Source: Octopus sinensis
Taxonomy: Eukaryota
Length of the DNA: 35,815 nucleotides
Reading direction: 5' to 3'
Assembly: GCF_006345805.1 (NCBI RefSeq)
Contig: NW_021824651.1
Location: forward strand, 1-35,815
In this document: in pieces, positions 12,854 through 24,729 of the stretch
How positions within the stretch are numbered: position 1 is the first letter of the stretch
Layout of the letters: each line of letters begins with the position of its first letter
Notes under the pieces: model-generated
Told to the model about the DNA's origin: nothing
Seen by the model: only the letters and a program-made list of their open reading frames with translations
Databases searched by the model: none
Program-made: the position numbers and the translations under genes

Positions 12854-13195
12854 GTGTGACAGTGTGACCCCCTTCGGTCAGACACTGACCATGGGCTTGC
12901 ACCTAAAGAGTTACCCTCTGAGGCACAAGTCTGGGCAAGGTTGTTTTTATGGAAGACCAGTAGTCGCCCATGCATACCAGCCTCCCCTCTCCACACCACC
13001 AGTGTTATCCAAGGGAAAGGCAAAGGGGCCGATACAGCTTGGCACCTGTGACGTCGCAACTCATTTCTACAGCTGAGTGAACTGGAGCAACGTGAAATAA
13101 AGTGTCTTGCTCAAGAACACAACACGCAGCCCGGTCTGGGATTCGAGCTCAGTACCTCACGATCGTAAGCTCGACGCTCTCACCACTGAGCCACG
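12854..13195 (-). mobile_element. SINE with family A head and central domain but a different tail (T2)
   Basis: 10-bp TSD cgtattacca at 12844-12853 and 13196-13205. Confidence 0.8.
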
Positions 13196-13294
13196 CGTAT
13201 TACCATTTTCCATAGAATAGTTTCTGTAGCGTCACCTAAAGTATTTTCTCATAAGAATGTGTAACTATATGATGTAGGTGAGTGTATATGCCAA

Positions 13295-13594
13295 AGAGAG
13301 AGAGAGACAGAGAGAGACAGAGAGACAGAGAGACAGAGAGAGACAGAGAGACAGAGAGAGACAGAGAGACAGAGAGACAGAGAGAGACAGAGAGACAGAG
13401 AGACAGAGAGAGACAGAGAGACAGAGAGAGACAGAGAGACAGAGAGACAGAGAGAGAGACAGAGAGACAGAGAGACAGAGAGAGACAGAGAGACAGAGAC
13501 AGAGAGAGACAGAGAGAGACAGAGAGACAGAGAGAGACAGAGAGACAGAGAGAGTAAGAGAAAGAGTGCGAGAAAGAATAAGAAAGTGTGTGTG

Positions 13595-13663
<69 letters not shown>

Positions 13664-13665
13664 GT
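13295..13665. repeat. Compound (AGAGAC/AGAGAGAC)n + (TG)n microsatellite
   Basis: Directly visible. Explains the RE/LS-rich ORFs. Confidence 0.95.
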
Positions 13666-14031
13666 ACGCGCGTGACCAAAATGGAAGAAAGGAACACTCA
13701 GCTTGGTGTTATGTGTATTTAATAAGTTTGATTCTGATAGAGAATGTGGCTGAAATAGAGAGAGAGAGAAACAGAAAGAGAAAGGGAAAGAGAGAGAGTG
13801 TGTGTGAGTGTAGGTGGGTGTGGGGGGGCGGGTGCTTGGGGGGGTTGTACGTGACCTAAAGAAAAAAAGTAGCACGCAATACATTTCGGTGGTGTTACGA
13901 CGACGTGCAATTTAATAATAAGTTTTGATTCGGTTGCTCATTAAATTCTCGTGCTTGGGATGGTGGCCAACCCTCATTAGACGTTTGGAGACAATCACTG
14001 CTTTCGCTAACACAAAACCTGGAGAACTAAT

Positions 14032-14050
14032 AATATATATATGTATATAT

Positions 14051-14099
<49 letters not shown>

Positions 14100-14242
14100 T
14101 ATGTAGATATTATATATATATATATTATATATATATATATATAATATATATATAGATATATATATATATGTATATATATATATGTATATATATATATGTA
14201 TATATATATATGTATATATATATTGTATATATATATATAATA

Positions 14243-14313
<71 letters not shown>

Positions 14314-14413
14314 CATATACATTATATATATATACCTATATATATACATATATATATAATACATATATATATAATATATATATACATATATATATCTATA
14401 TAATTACCATATA

Positions 14414-14498
<85 letters not shown>

Positions 14499-14501
14499 AT
14501 A
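14032..14501. repeat. Long imperfect (TA)n microsatellite (others at about 2325-2755, 6800-7230, 28724-28782)
   Basis: Directly visible. Confidence 0.95.
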
Positions 14502-15026
14502 TGCAGAAATAAAACTTTCGGGGGAAATCTCCTCTATGTACTTTTGTTGCTGTAGCTGTTACTGGTGCCGCTGCCGACGCCCCCATGGCTGTTGCTGCCA
14601 CAGTCAACACGGCTGCTGTGGCCACCGCCGCTGCTGCTGCCGCCACCATGGCTGTTGCTGCTGCTACCGCCGCTGCCGCTGCTGCTACTGGTTATAATGA
14701 GGAGGATGTTATTTTCGATTTTCCTTTCAGTTTTTCGTTGCTGATTGTTATCTCAAGCGGTGCATCTGTTGTTGCAGGTAATATATTATTGCATCTCATT
14801 CCTGCATCCGATGCAAGCGACATCAGCTGATGCATGCTGCTATTTTTCGCAACGCATCGCGTTAACTGATATTCTTTTACCATTCTTACCACTACTACTA
14901 CTACTATTACTACTACTATTACTGCTACTACTGTTGCTGCTTCCACTACTGTTATTGTTGTTGTTGTTGTTGTTGCTGTTGTTGCTTAATAATACCACAA
15001 TTATCATTATTACTGTTTATGTTAAA

Positions 15027-15612
15027 GGCGGCGAGCTGGTAGAATCGTTAGCATGCCGGGCGAAATGCTTAGCGGTATTTCGTCTGCCGTTTACGTTCTG
15101 AGTTCAAATTCCGCCGAGGTCGACTTTGCCTTTCATCCTTTCGGGGTCGATAAATTAAGTACCAGTTACACACTGGGGGTCGATGTAATCGACTTAATCC
15201 GTTTGCCTGTCCTTGTTTGTCCTCTCTGTGTCTAGCCCCTTGTGGGTAGTAAAGAAATATGTATATTGTCTGTCGTTACGTTCTGAGTTCAAATTCCACC
15301 GAGGTCGACTTTGCCTTTCATCCTTTCGGGGTCGATAAATTAAGTACCAGTTACACACTGGGGGTCGATGTAATCGACTTAATCCGTTTGCCTGTCCTTG
15401 TTTGTCCTCTCTGTGTTTAGCCCCTTGTGGGTAGTAAAGAAATAAGTATTTTGTTTGTCTTTATGTCCTGAGTTCAAATTCCGCCGAGGTCGACTCTTGC
15501 CTTTCATCCTTTCGGAGTCGATAAATTAAGTACCAGTTGTGTACTGAGGTCGATCTAATCGACTGGCCCCTTCCTTCAAAATTTCGGGCCTTGTGCCTAG
15601 AGTAGAAATGAA
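15027..15612 (+). mobile_element. SINE family B trimer (head+tail1, headless+tail1, headless+tail2)
   Basis: Three tandem central domains. Junctions fall at aaagaaata.gtat. Confidence 0.88.
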
Positions 15613-15791
15613 TATCTTAAACGTACTCTAGCAGTTTTGAGTATAATTAGAAAAACTTTTAGAACATATCAATAAATGGTGAACTGTTCTCTGTTCAGTT
15701 AGTTTCATTTCCTTCTCGCACGGGAGAGCGAGATCGAAGTCCTGACAAGGTTTGATTTGTGGGTCTTCTCAGCAACTATATTGTTATAGTT

Positions 15792-16127
15792 CGTGGAGGC
15801 GCAGCGGACTCGCGGTCATAGGATCGCGGTTTGAGCGAAAACACCTAAAAGCTCCACGAGGCTCCGGCAGGGGATGGTGGTGATCCCTGCTGTACTCTTT
15901 CACCACAACTTTCTCTCACTCTTATTTCCTGTTTCTGTTGTACCTTGTATTCCAAGGGGCCGGTCTTGTGACTCTCTGTGTCACGCTGAATATCCCCGAG
16001 AACTACGTTAAGGGTGCACGTGTCTGTGGAGTGCTCAGCTACTTACACGTTAATTTCACGAGCAGGCTGTTCCGTTGATTCGGATCAACCGGAACCCTCA
16101 TCGTCGTAACCGACGGAGTGCTTCCCC
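15792..16127 (+). mobile_element. SINE family D lacking both Pol III boxes
   Basis: 12-bp TSD attgttatagtt at 15780-15791 and 16128-16139. Two internal deletions in the tRNA head. Confidence 0.88.
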
Positions 16128-16247
16128 ATTGTTATAGTTATTGCTTAACCCCGGGGCAAACAGGATTAAACAGTTCTACGATCAAAATCTTTCCAGGTAG
16201 GATCATCCAGTTTGTAAAGTGTGTACGAAGGACTATATTATTTAATA

Positions 16248-16530
16248 ATAGCAGTATCGCCCGGCGTTGCTCGGGTTTGTAAGGGAAAAAGCATTTTTAG
16301 AGATTTACTTCCCTTATATAAACCGAGCAAAAAATACAAAAAAATTAATGTAATTTTTTTTTAATCGTAGCCTCATCGTAGACGTGCGCTAATACCCAGA
16401 AGGGCTCGATATGAATCACGACTATAAGATACCCGCTTTTGGTTAATCTGCACCGCAAAATGTGGGAGTAGTTAGGAGTCTAAATCGGAGGAGACAGACT
16501 CTCACACAACTTCAATTTTATATATAAAGA
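16248..16530 (-). mobile_element. Non-autonomous Helitron, internally deleted copy
   Basis: 5' TCTTTATATATAAAA, 3' hairpin CCCGAGCAACGCCGGG, then CTAT (CTAG mutated). Inserted between A and T with no TSD. Confidence 0.75.
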
Positions 16531-16976
16531 TGTTCTTTTTTTACTCAAGACAGCAATATGCGATTTCTAGTACATTCGGCTGCTAGTTCTACCAGATCAC
16601 TCGCTGTCTTTTCGGTGAGCTCTGCTTTGTAAATCTCGAACGATGTTTGATCTGGAGATGTCTTTAGTGAGGTTGAATCTAAATGTCTTCCCAGCAACGT
16701 CTAACTTATAGTATTTCTCTGGGATTTTCATAAGCAGCTCCTCTTGGGGACTTTGATCTGTAGAACTTTCCCCACAGTGTTACAGTTAAGTCAGCCTCAA
16801 CATTTCATAGATGTAACTTAATGAATGCAACTTTATTATTATTTTTATGTCAGCCTCAACATTTCATGGATGTAACTTAATGTAATTCGTTTCGGCAGCC
16901 TGCTTTTTATATCGCCCCAATATGCATTTCGTTTCGGCAGTCTACGTCTTAAGACACGTCACAACCCGATTAATAA

Positions 16977-17378
16977 TCTTTATATATAAAACTGAAGTTG
17001 TGTGAGAGTCTGTCTCCTCCGATTTAGATTCCTAACTACTCCCACATTTTGTGGTGCAGTTTAACCAAAACCGGGTATCTTATAGTCGTGATTCATATCG
17101 AGCCCTTCTGGGTATTAGCGCGCGTCTACGATGAGTCTACGATTTTTAAAAAAAATTACCATCATTTTTTTCCATTTTAATGCATTTTTTCGCTATTAAT
17201 TAAGGGAAGTAACTCTCTAAAAATGTCTACGATGAGTCAACGATTTTTAAAAAAAATTACCATCATTTTTTTCCCATTTTTAATGCATTTTTTTGCTATT
17301 TTTTGGCTATAATTCTCTAAAAATGCTTATATAGTTATTTCCCTTACAAACCCGAGCAACGCCGGGCGATACTGATAG
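16977..17378 (+). mobile_element. Non-autonomous Helitron
   Basis: A|TC 5' end, 16-nt hairpin 8 nt before the terminal ATAG|T (CTAG mutated), and an internal roughly 100-bp subrepeat. Confidence 0.8.
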
Positions 17379-17389
17379 TACAATAATAA

Positions 17390-17787
17390 TTCTACAATAG
17401 ACACAAGGCGTGTAATTCGGCGGGCGGGGAGATAGATAATTACATCAACCCCCGCGCTCAACTGGTAATTATTTTCTCGACTCTGAAAAAAGATGAAAGG
17501 CAAAGTCGACCTCGGCGGAATTTCAACTCAGAAAATAAAGACGGACGAAATGCCTATTTCTTTATTACCCACAAGGGGCTAAACATAGAAGGGACAAACA
17601 AGGACAGACATATGTATTAAGTCGATTACATCGACCCCAGTGCGTGACTGATACTTAATTTATCGACCCCGAAAGGATGAAAGGCAAAGTCGACCTCGGC
17701 GGAATTTGAACTCAGAAAATAAAGACGGACGAAATGCCGTTAAACAATTTGTCCGGCATACTAACGATTCTGCTTAGCTCACCGCCT
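17390..17787 (-). mobile_element. SINE family B dimer (head+tail1, headless+tail2)
   Basis: 63-bp direct repeat at 17492-17554 and 17676-17738. Confidence 0.85.
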
Positions 17788-17988
17788 AAAAGTTGGATTT
17801 AGTAAAGACCACAACCAGGAAAGTGAGAGTAATGACGTTCATATTACTCTTTGAGTTTTAACGACGTAAAACCTACCTCTCAGTTTCTCTATACTCACTT
17901 TCTTCCCTTACTCCACCCCCACCTTTTCTCTTCTTTCTCTCCTTTTTTCTCCCATTCTCTAATCCTTTTCTTTCTTTCCATTTTTCCA

Positions 17989-18022
<34 letters not shown>

Positions 18023-18156
18023 ACCCTCTCTCCTCCTTGTCGTTTCTGCCTTCTATTTCGATTTTTTTTCCTTAATCGTTCTTTATCTTCTTCCCTGTTG
18101 TTCTCTCTTCTTGTCTTTCTCCCCCTTTTACCTGTCTGCCTCGCTCTCTTACCCCT

Positions 18157-18164
<8 letters not shown>

Positions 18165-18199
<35 letters not shown>

Positions 18200-18230
18200 G
18201 TCTGTCTATCTATCTATCTATCTATCTGTA

Positions 18231-18271
<41 letters not shown>

Positions 18272-18340
18272 GCCTGTATATCTGTCTGTCTATCTATCTG
18301 TCTGCCTGTATATCTGTCTGTCTATCTATCTATCTATCTA

Positions 18341-18373
<33 letters not shown>

Positions 18374-18439
18374 GTCTGTCTATCTATCTATCTATCTATC
18401 TATCTGTCTATCTATCTATCTATCTATCTATCTGTCTGC

Positions 18440-18485
<46 letters not shown>

Positions 18486-18495
18486 GTCTGCCTAA

Positions 18496-18550
<55 letters not shown>
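18165..18550. repeat. (TCTA)n/(TCTG)n compound microsatellite
   Basis: Directly visible. Confidence 0.95.
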
Positions 18551-18557
<7 letters not shown>

Positions 18558-19306
18558 CATTCAACACACATACACACGGAGAAAAAGACAAGTAGGAAAT
18601 ACAGAAGTATATATAGAAATAGACAAGTGACATTAGAAAATAAGAAAAAGTAGATCGACCACTCCACTCCAACTATCAGCGTTTATCTAGCAGCATTATG
18701 ATTCAAAGATGGCGTCAGAGTAAACAGACACAGCAGACAAGTTAACAAGAGGATCTTTGGCCACTATATTTACTTTCAATGACCTCCTATTACATATAAC
18801 ATCCAATAAATTCTTAATTGAAGCTTTTGTTTCATCCCCTTTCAAAGTGTCTAAACCTACTTCAAATGACACAAATAGTTTTGCTGCCAGGAATAACACT
18901 GCAGCGTCGTCTCGCGCAATTCTACGACGACAGCCTGTCGTTGTTACAACATGGCTGACATAAAAATAAACGTCGTTCGCAATTACATTTGATGAAACAC
19001 TTTTACATAACTGCTGTTTGTTATATCGTCAAACCGTCAGTATACGCGTGGAACAAAATGCTTTGCGGAATGTCTTCCGGCTCTTTACGTTCTGAAAATA
19101 AATCTTGTCGAAGTCAGCGCCGCCAGTCACCCTTTCGGGTTCGCTAAAAGATAAATACAAGACAAGTGCTGAGGTTAATGTAATCGATTAAACTCCTTCT
19201 CCTGACGATGCCTACCACGGGCAAAATATTTGGAAGAGGAGGTGGTCAAACTCTGCATAAGGAGTAGACAACCACCCTGACAGAATGTCTCCTTTTAATC
19301 TTTTTG

Positions 19307-19714
19307 TTTACTCTTTTACTTGTTTCAGTCATTTGACTACGGCCATGCTGGGGCGCCGTCTTTAGTCGAGCAAATCGAACCCAAGACTTATTCTTTGTAA
19401 GCCTAGAACTTATTCTGTTGGTCTCTTTTGCCGAACCGCTAAGTTACGGGGACATAAACACACTAGCATCGGCTGTCAAGCGATGTTGGGGGACAAACAC
19501 AGACACACAAACATACACACACACACATATATATATATATACATATATATACGACGGGCTTCTTTCAGTTTCTGTCTACCAAATCCACTCACAGGGCTTT
19601 GGTCGACCCGAGGCTATAGTAGAAAACACTTGCCCAAGATGCCACGCAATGGGACTGAACCCGGAACCATGTTGTTGGTAAGCAAGCTGCTTACCACACA
19701 GCCACTCCTGCGCC
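19307..19714 (-). mobile_element. SINE family C, full length
   Basis: Same consensus. Confidence 0.88.
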
Positions 19715-19904
19715 TATATTCTGTATTAAATCATTTAAATTCTTTCTCTAAAGAAGGAGCTGGTTTCTAACAAAGATACAAAACTCCATCTTTGGAATGT
19801 CGATAACGAAAACAATGTCACATTTTACTGCTCCTTTTCCAAATTGTTTTTGAAATGTGCGAATCAGTGGATTTCTCTTTCTGAAAATCCAAGCTTATCC
19901 AGAC

Positions 19905-20047
19905 ATGTATGTATGTGTGTGTGTACGTATGTATGTATGTATGTATGTATGTATGTATGTATGTATGTATGTATGTATGTATGTATGTATGTATATGTAT
20001 GTATGTATGAATGTATGTATGTATGTATGCATGTATGTATATATGTA

Positions 20048-20078
<31 letters not shown>

Positions 20079-20270
20079 GTATGTGTGTGTATGTATGTGT
20101 GTATATATGTATATATGTATATATGTATGTATGTATGTGTGTATGTATGTGTGCGTATGTATGTATGTATGTATGTATGTATGTATGTGTGTGTGTATGT
20201 ATGTATGTATGTATGTATGTGTGTATGTATGTATGTATGTATGTATGTATGTATGTATGTATGTATGTAT
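19905..20270. repeat. (TATG)n/(TG)n microsatellite
   Basis: Directly visible. Confidence 0.95.
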
Positions 20271-20460
20271 GGCAATGTGGTCATGAAGTTCTCATCACAA
20301 TCATGTCACCTCGGTATCGGTCTCTCGCCACGTTATATCTCGGACAAGTGTTGTAGTATTCTATAGCCGGAGACTGACCAAAGCTTTGTGAGTGGAATTG
20401 CTAAACGGAAACTGTACAGAATCCAGTCGTAAACGTGTCTGTGTGTTGTGTGGGGTGCGA

Positions 20461-20780
20461 AGACGCGTGGCTTAGGGGTGAGGGTATTTGGCTAACAATC
20501 GTAAGGTTGTGAGTTTGGTTCCCGGCGGCGCACCATGACCTTGAGCAAGACACTTTATTACGCATTACTCACGTCCACTCAGCTAACAAAAAATGAACTA
20601 TACCTGATATTGAAAGAGCAAACCTCGTCACATTCGGTGTGCCACGCCGAATCTCATGGAGAACTACGTCAAGGTTACACGTGTCTGTGGAGTGCTCAGC
20701 CACTTTTATGTTAATTTTCACGAGCGGGCTGTTCCGGTGATCGGATCAACTAGAAGACTCGATGTCATAACCGACGGATT
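20461..20780 (+). mobile_element. SINE family A, diverged, followed by a roughly 200-bp tandem duplication of its end plus GA tract (to about 21150)
   Basis: Same head, central domain and tail as 1289-1604. The segment ctagaagactc.atgtcataaccgacggattgc occurs twice. Confidence 0.7.
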
Positions 20781-21429
20781 GCTAGTATTGTGTGTGTGTG
20801 TATGAGAGAGAGAGAGAGGGGGGGAAAGAGAGAGAGTGAGAGAGAGAGGAAAAGAGAAAGAGAGAAAGAGGGAGAGGGAGAGAGAGCAAGTGGGTTGAAA
20901 GTGCATGGCTTAATGGTTAGGTTGTTCCGGTGGTCGGATCTTCTAGAAGACTCAATGTCATAACCGACGGATTGCAAGTAATGTGTGAGTGTGTGTATGA
21001 GAGAGAGAGGAGGAAGAGAGAGAGGGGAGGTAGAGGGAAAGAGAGAGAGGAGGAAGAGAGAGAGGGGAGGGAGAGGGAAAGAGAGAGAGAGAATGAGAGA
21101 GAGGGAGAGAGAGAGAAAGTGGGTTAACGGTGCGTGGCTTAGTGGTTAGGTTGTTGCACTTTCGATTTAAGGACGGGGCTGAGCGCTGCATTCTTGAGCA
21201 AAAAACACATCATCTCACGTTGCCTTGCGCTCAATTCTAGTCATCGTCTGATGCGTGATACATCAAGCACCCTATTCCAGGCACTGTCGATTTCGTGGAG
21301 GGGTGGGAGTGAGCTGATGTCTGGTTCATACATTTGGTCACTATCAGTAACAGGAAGATGTGTTGCGGGTAGTTCGGCTATAAGTTTTGGTACTCTCATT
21401 TGACGATTATGTCAGTGAAGTTCATCCAC

Positions 21430-21557
21430 CATGATGATGATGATGATGAAGATGATGATGGTTGTGGTGGTGATGGTGATGATGATGATAATGATGATGA
21501 TGTTGATAATAATAATCATGATGACGATGGTGGTGATGGTGGTGGTGGTGAAAATGG

Positions 21558-21591
<34 letters not shown>

Positions 21592-22130
21592 AATGATGAT
21601 GGTGGTGGTGATGGTGATGATGGATGATAATGATGATGATGTTGATGATAATAATCATGATGACGATGATGGTGATGGTGGTGGTGGTGAAAATGGTGAT
21701 GATGATGTTGATGCTGGTGCTGGTGCTGACGATGATGATGATGAAGATGATGCCATTGATGATGATGATGGTGGTGGTGGTGGTGGTAGTGTACATGGTA
21801 ATGATGGTGATGATGATGATGATGATGATGATTATGATGATGATGATGATGACGATGACGATGATGACGATGACGATGATGATGATGACGTTGATGATAA
21901 TGATGGTATTGGTGATGGTAATGGTAGTGAATATGGTGATGATGATCATGATGATGATGAGGATAATGATGATCATGATGATGAGGATAATGATGATGAT
22001 CATGATGATCATGATGATGATGAGGAGGAGGAGGATGAGGAGGAGGAAGATGATGATAATGATGATGATGATGATGATGATGGTGTTGGTGGTGGTCATG
22101 GTAGTGAATATGGTGTAGTGATGATGATGG
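21430..22130. repeat. Degenerate (GAT/GGT)n trinucleotide array with higher-order duplications
   Basis: The roughly 85-nt block gataatgatgatgatgttgat...gaaaatggtgatgatgat recurs with a period of about 141 nt. Confidence 0.9.
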
Positions 22131-22248
22131 CAGTGATAAAACTCAGCAACGCATAAAAAAAAAATTAAATCGATAAAATGCTGTTGAGGTCGACATGAGT
22201 TTGGAGAAAGTTCTAGGAAATGGAAACAAGCGAATGCAATAGAGGAGT

Positions 22249-22309
<61 letters not shown>

Positions 22310-22670
22310 ATTGAAATTGAGAAAATGTGGCATCTCAAGCCGGTTACAATACCAGTGATCGTAGGAGCACTAGGAATGATCAAGAAGGGAACCGAAAATT
22401 ATATGAGAATGATCCCTGGCTTACCATCCCTGCAAGAAGTGCAAAAGATTGTCTTAACTGGTACATCACACGTATTGAGAAGAGCATTGTCGATGTGAGG
22501 ACTGTTGTTGCTCATGTATTTTAATATAACTTTAAAAAAACATTTTTTTAAATGAATGAACTATTGAGTTTGGTTTAATGGCCTACCAATGTATACTATG
22601 AGTTTCTTTGCCCTAGGAGTCGGGAAGACACTCGGCAAGAAATGGAAGCAAATTTGAAAGAAGAAAAAAA

Positions 22671-22671
<1 letters not shown>
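22310..22671 (+). mobile_element. 3' end of an R4/Dong-clade (restriction-like endonuclease) non-LTR retrotransposon in a (TAA)n tract
   Basis: 22310-22498 translates IEIEKMWHLKPVTIPVIVGALGMIKKGTENYMRMIPGLPSLQEVQKIVLTGTSHVLRRALSM*, matching the R4-clade C-terminal EI..MW...V.IPVIVGALG...LQK..L.GT...LRR pattern. A 3' UTR and A-rich end follow. Pure (AAT)n flanks both sides. Confidence 0.8.
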
Positions 22672-22755
<84 letters not shown>

Positions 22756-23317
22756 TAATAATAATGATAATAATAATAATTGTGATAATGATGATGAAGT
22801 TGGGTGTTTGGGGGGACGATGGATGCTAATGGCGGTGATAACATTAATAATAATATTTCAAGATCTGGGCCAAGAGTCAAGGAGCTGAGGGGTAGTATGG
22901 TTGGAGCAACAGAAAATCAACGAAATAAACTGGCGGCAAATTTTCATTAAAAGAGGATTGGTAAGGAACGGGAATAGTATTAAGAAAACTGCTTTCTGGG
23001 TAGATTGATGATGATGATGATGATGATGATGACGATGATGCGATGGTAGCGGTAGAAGCGGTATTGGTGGTGAGAAGGGTTGTGGTGGTGGGGGGTGTAG
23101 TGGTGATGGTGATGATGATGGTGGTGGTGGTGGTGGTGAAGGTGGTGATGGATGTGTTGGCAATGTTAGTGGTGGTGGTGGTGGAATGTTTATGGTGTTG
23201 ATAGTAGCAGTAACAGCCGCGGTGGTAGTAGTAGCAGCAGCAGCAGCAGCAGTAGCATTAGCAGTAGTAGTAGTAGTAGTAGTAATAGTAGTAGAACTGT
23301 AGTTGGTGGTTGTAGTG

Positions 23318-23350
<33 letters not shown>

Positions 23351-23512
23351 ATAGTAGTAGGACTGTAGTTGGTGGTTGTAGTGGTATTAGAGTTTGGTGA
23401 AGGAGAAACGAGTTTAACTAGAACAGCAAAATCGTGTTGGTGGAGAGAGAGTAAGAAAGAGAAAAATAAGAAGCGGTAACTCGTGACCGTAGAAGGGAGA
23501 GATGGAGAGAGG

Positions 23513-23548
<36 letters not shown>

Positions 23549-24322
23549 TAGACAGACAGACAGAAAGGGGTGAGACAGAATAAGGGAAAGAATAATGAGA
23601 AAAGGATATAGGATTTGGTGGAGTGGAGGGATATACAGAATGGTAAAAAAAAAAAGGAAGTGATGGCAGAGAAAATAGGAGTAAGAGGGAGAGCAATCCG
23701 GAACAGAAACAGGGAGAAGAGGGAGAGAAAGAGAGCGTGAGACGGAGGAGAGAGAGAGAAAAAACGGGAGAGAGAAAGAGAGAGAGAAAGAGAAGGGGAA
23801 GAAAAGGTATTAGTTGGAAAAGCATGAGAGAGTGGGTAATCCGAAATGGTAACAGATAATTGTAGAAGAGAAAAATGGAAGAGAGAGAGAGAGAGAGAGA
23901 AGAGAAAAAGAAAGAGAGAGAGAGAGAGAAAGAGAAAAAGAAAGAGAGAGAGAGAGAGAGAGAGAAGAGAGAAAGAAAGAGAGAGAGAGAGAAGCAAGTA
24001 AGGATGTTGGCAACAATATTTTGTCTAATGTTGAAAATTTATTGTTGAATTTTCAGTAATTGAGTCAAAGCAGAAGGGATTCTTTGGAACCCCCTTTTAG
24101 AAGTCCATGGAGGTTTCAGGTTGGTTAAAAAATATCGGCTTTTGACCCCCTGGTCTAAAGCAGTATATTTCAGTTCTATATATAGTTTAACGATTGACAT
24201 TCTATTAGAATCAACTTATATTTGCGGAAAAGGAGCAAGTCTATTGACTCTGGTAGCATAGGATTCTACAGTCCTGAAACCGAAGAATTCTTCAAAGATG
24301 ATTAGCATAATTAGGATGATTA

Positions 24323-24729
24323 GGCGCAGGAGTGTCTGTGTGACAAGTAGCTTGCTTACGAACCACGTGGTTCCGGGTTCAGTCCTACTGTGTGGCACCT
24401 TGGGCAAGTGTCTTCTACTATTGCCTCGAGCCGACCAAAGCCTTGTGAGTGGATTTGGTAGATGGAAACTGAAAGAAGCCCGTCGTATATATGTATATGT
24501 ATATATATATGTATGTGTGTGTGTCTGTGTTTGTCCCCCCAACATCGCTTGACAACCGATGCTGGTGTGTTTACGTCCCCGTAACTTAGCGGTTCGGCAA
24601 AAAGAGACCGATAGAATAAAGTACTAGGCTTACAAATAATAAGTCCTGGGGTCGATTTAATTCGACTAAAGGCGGTGCTCCAGCATGGCCACAATCAAAT
24701 GACTGAAACAAGTAAAATAGTAAAGAGTA
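24323..24729 (+). mobile_element. tRNA-derived SINE family C (CORE-like caccttgggcaagtgtctt), full length
   Basis: Head ggcgcaggagtg.ctgtgtg, internal TA/TG tract, (AAAAGAGT)n-like tail. Confidence 0.88.

Noticed and set aside
14404-15101. Poly-Ala and poly-Leu ORFs
   Set aside because: Cryptic GCN/CTN trinucleotide repeats with no flanking domain.
15027-15612. Regularly spaced repeats resembling a CRISPR array
   Set aside because: Units are roughly 180-bp SINE bodies in eukaryotic DNA. No unique spacers and no cas genes.
21400-22333. Long poly-Asp, poly-Met and poly-His/Ile ORFs (up to 303 aa)
   Set aside because: Reading-frame artefacts of a (GAT/GGT)n array. No splice or domain evidence.
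22858-23997. 379-aa minus-strand ORF
   Set aside because: Made of CT/GA and trinucleotide tracts.
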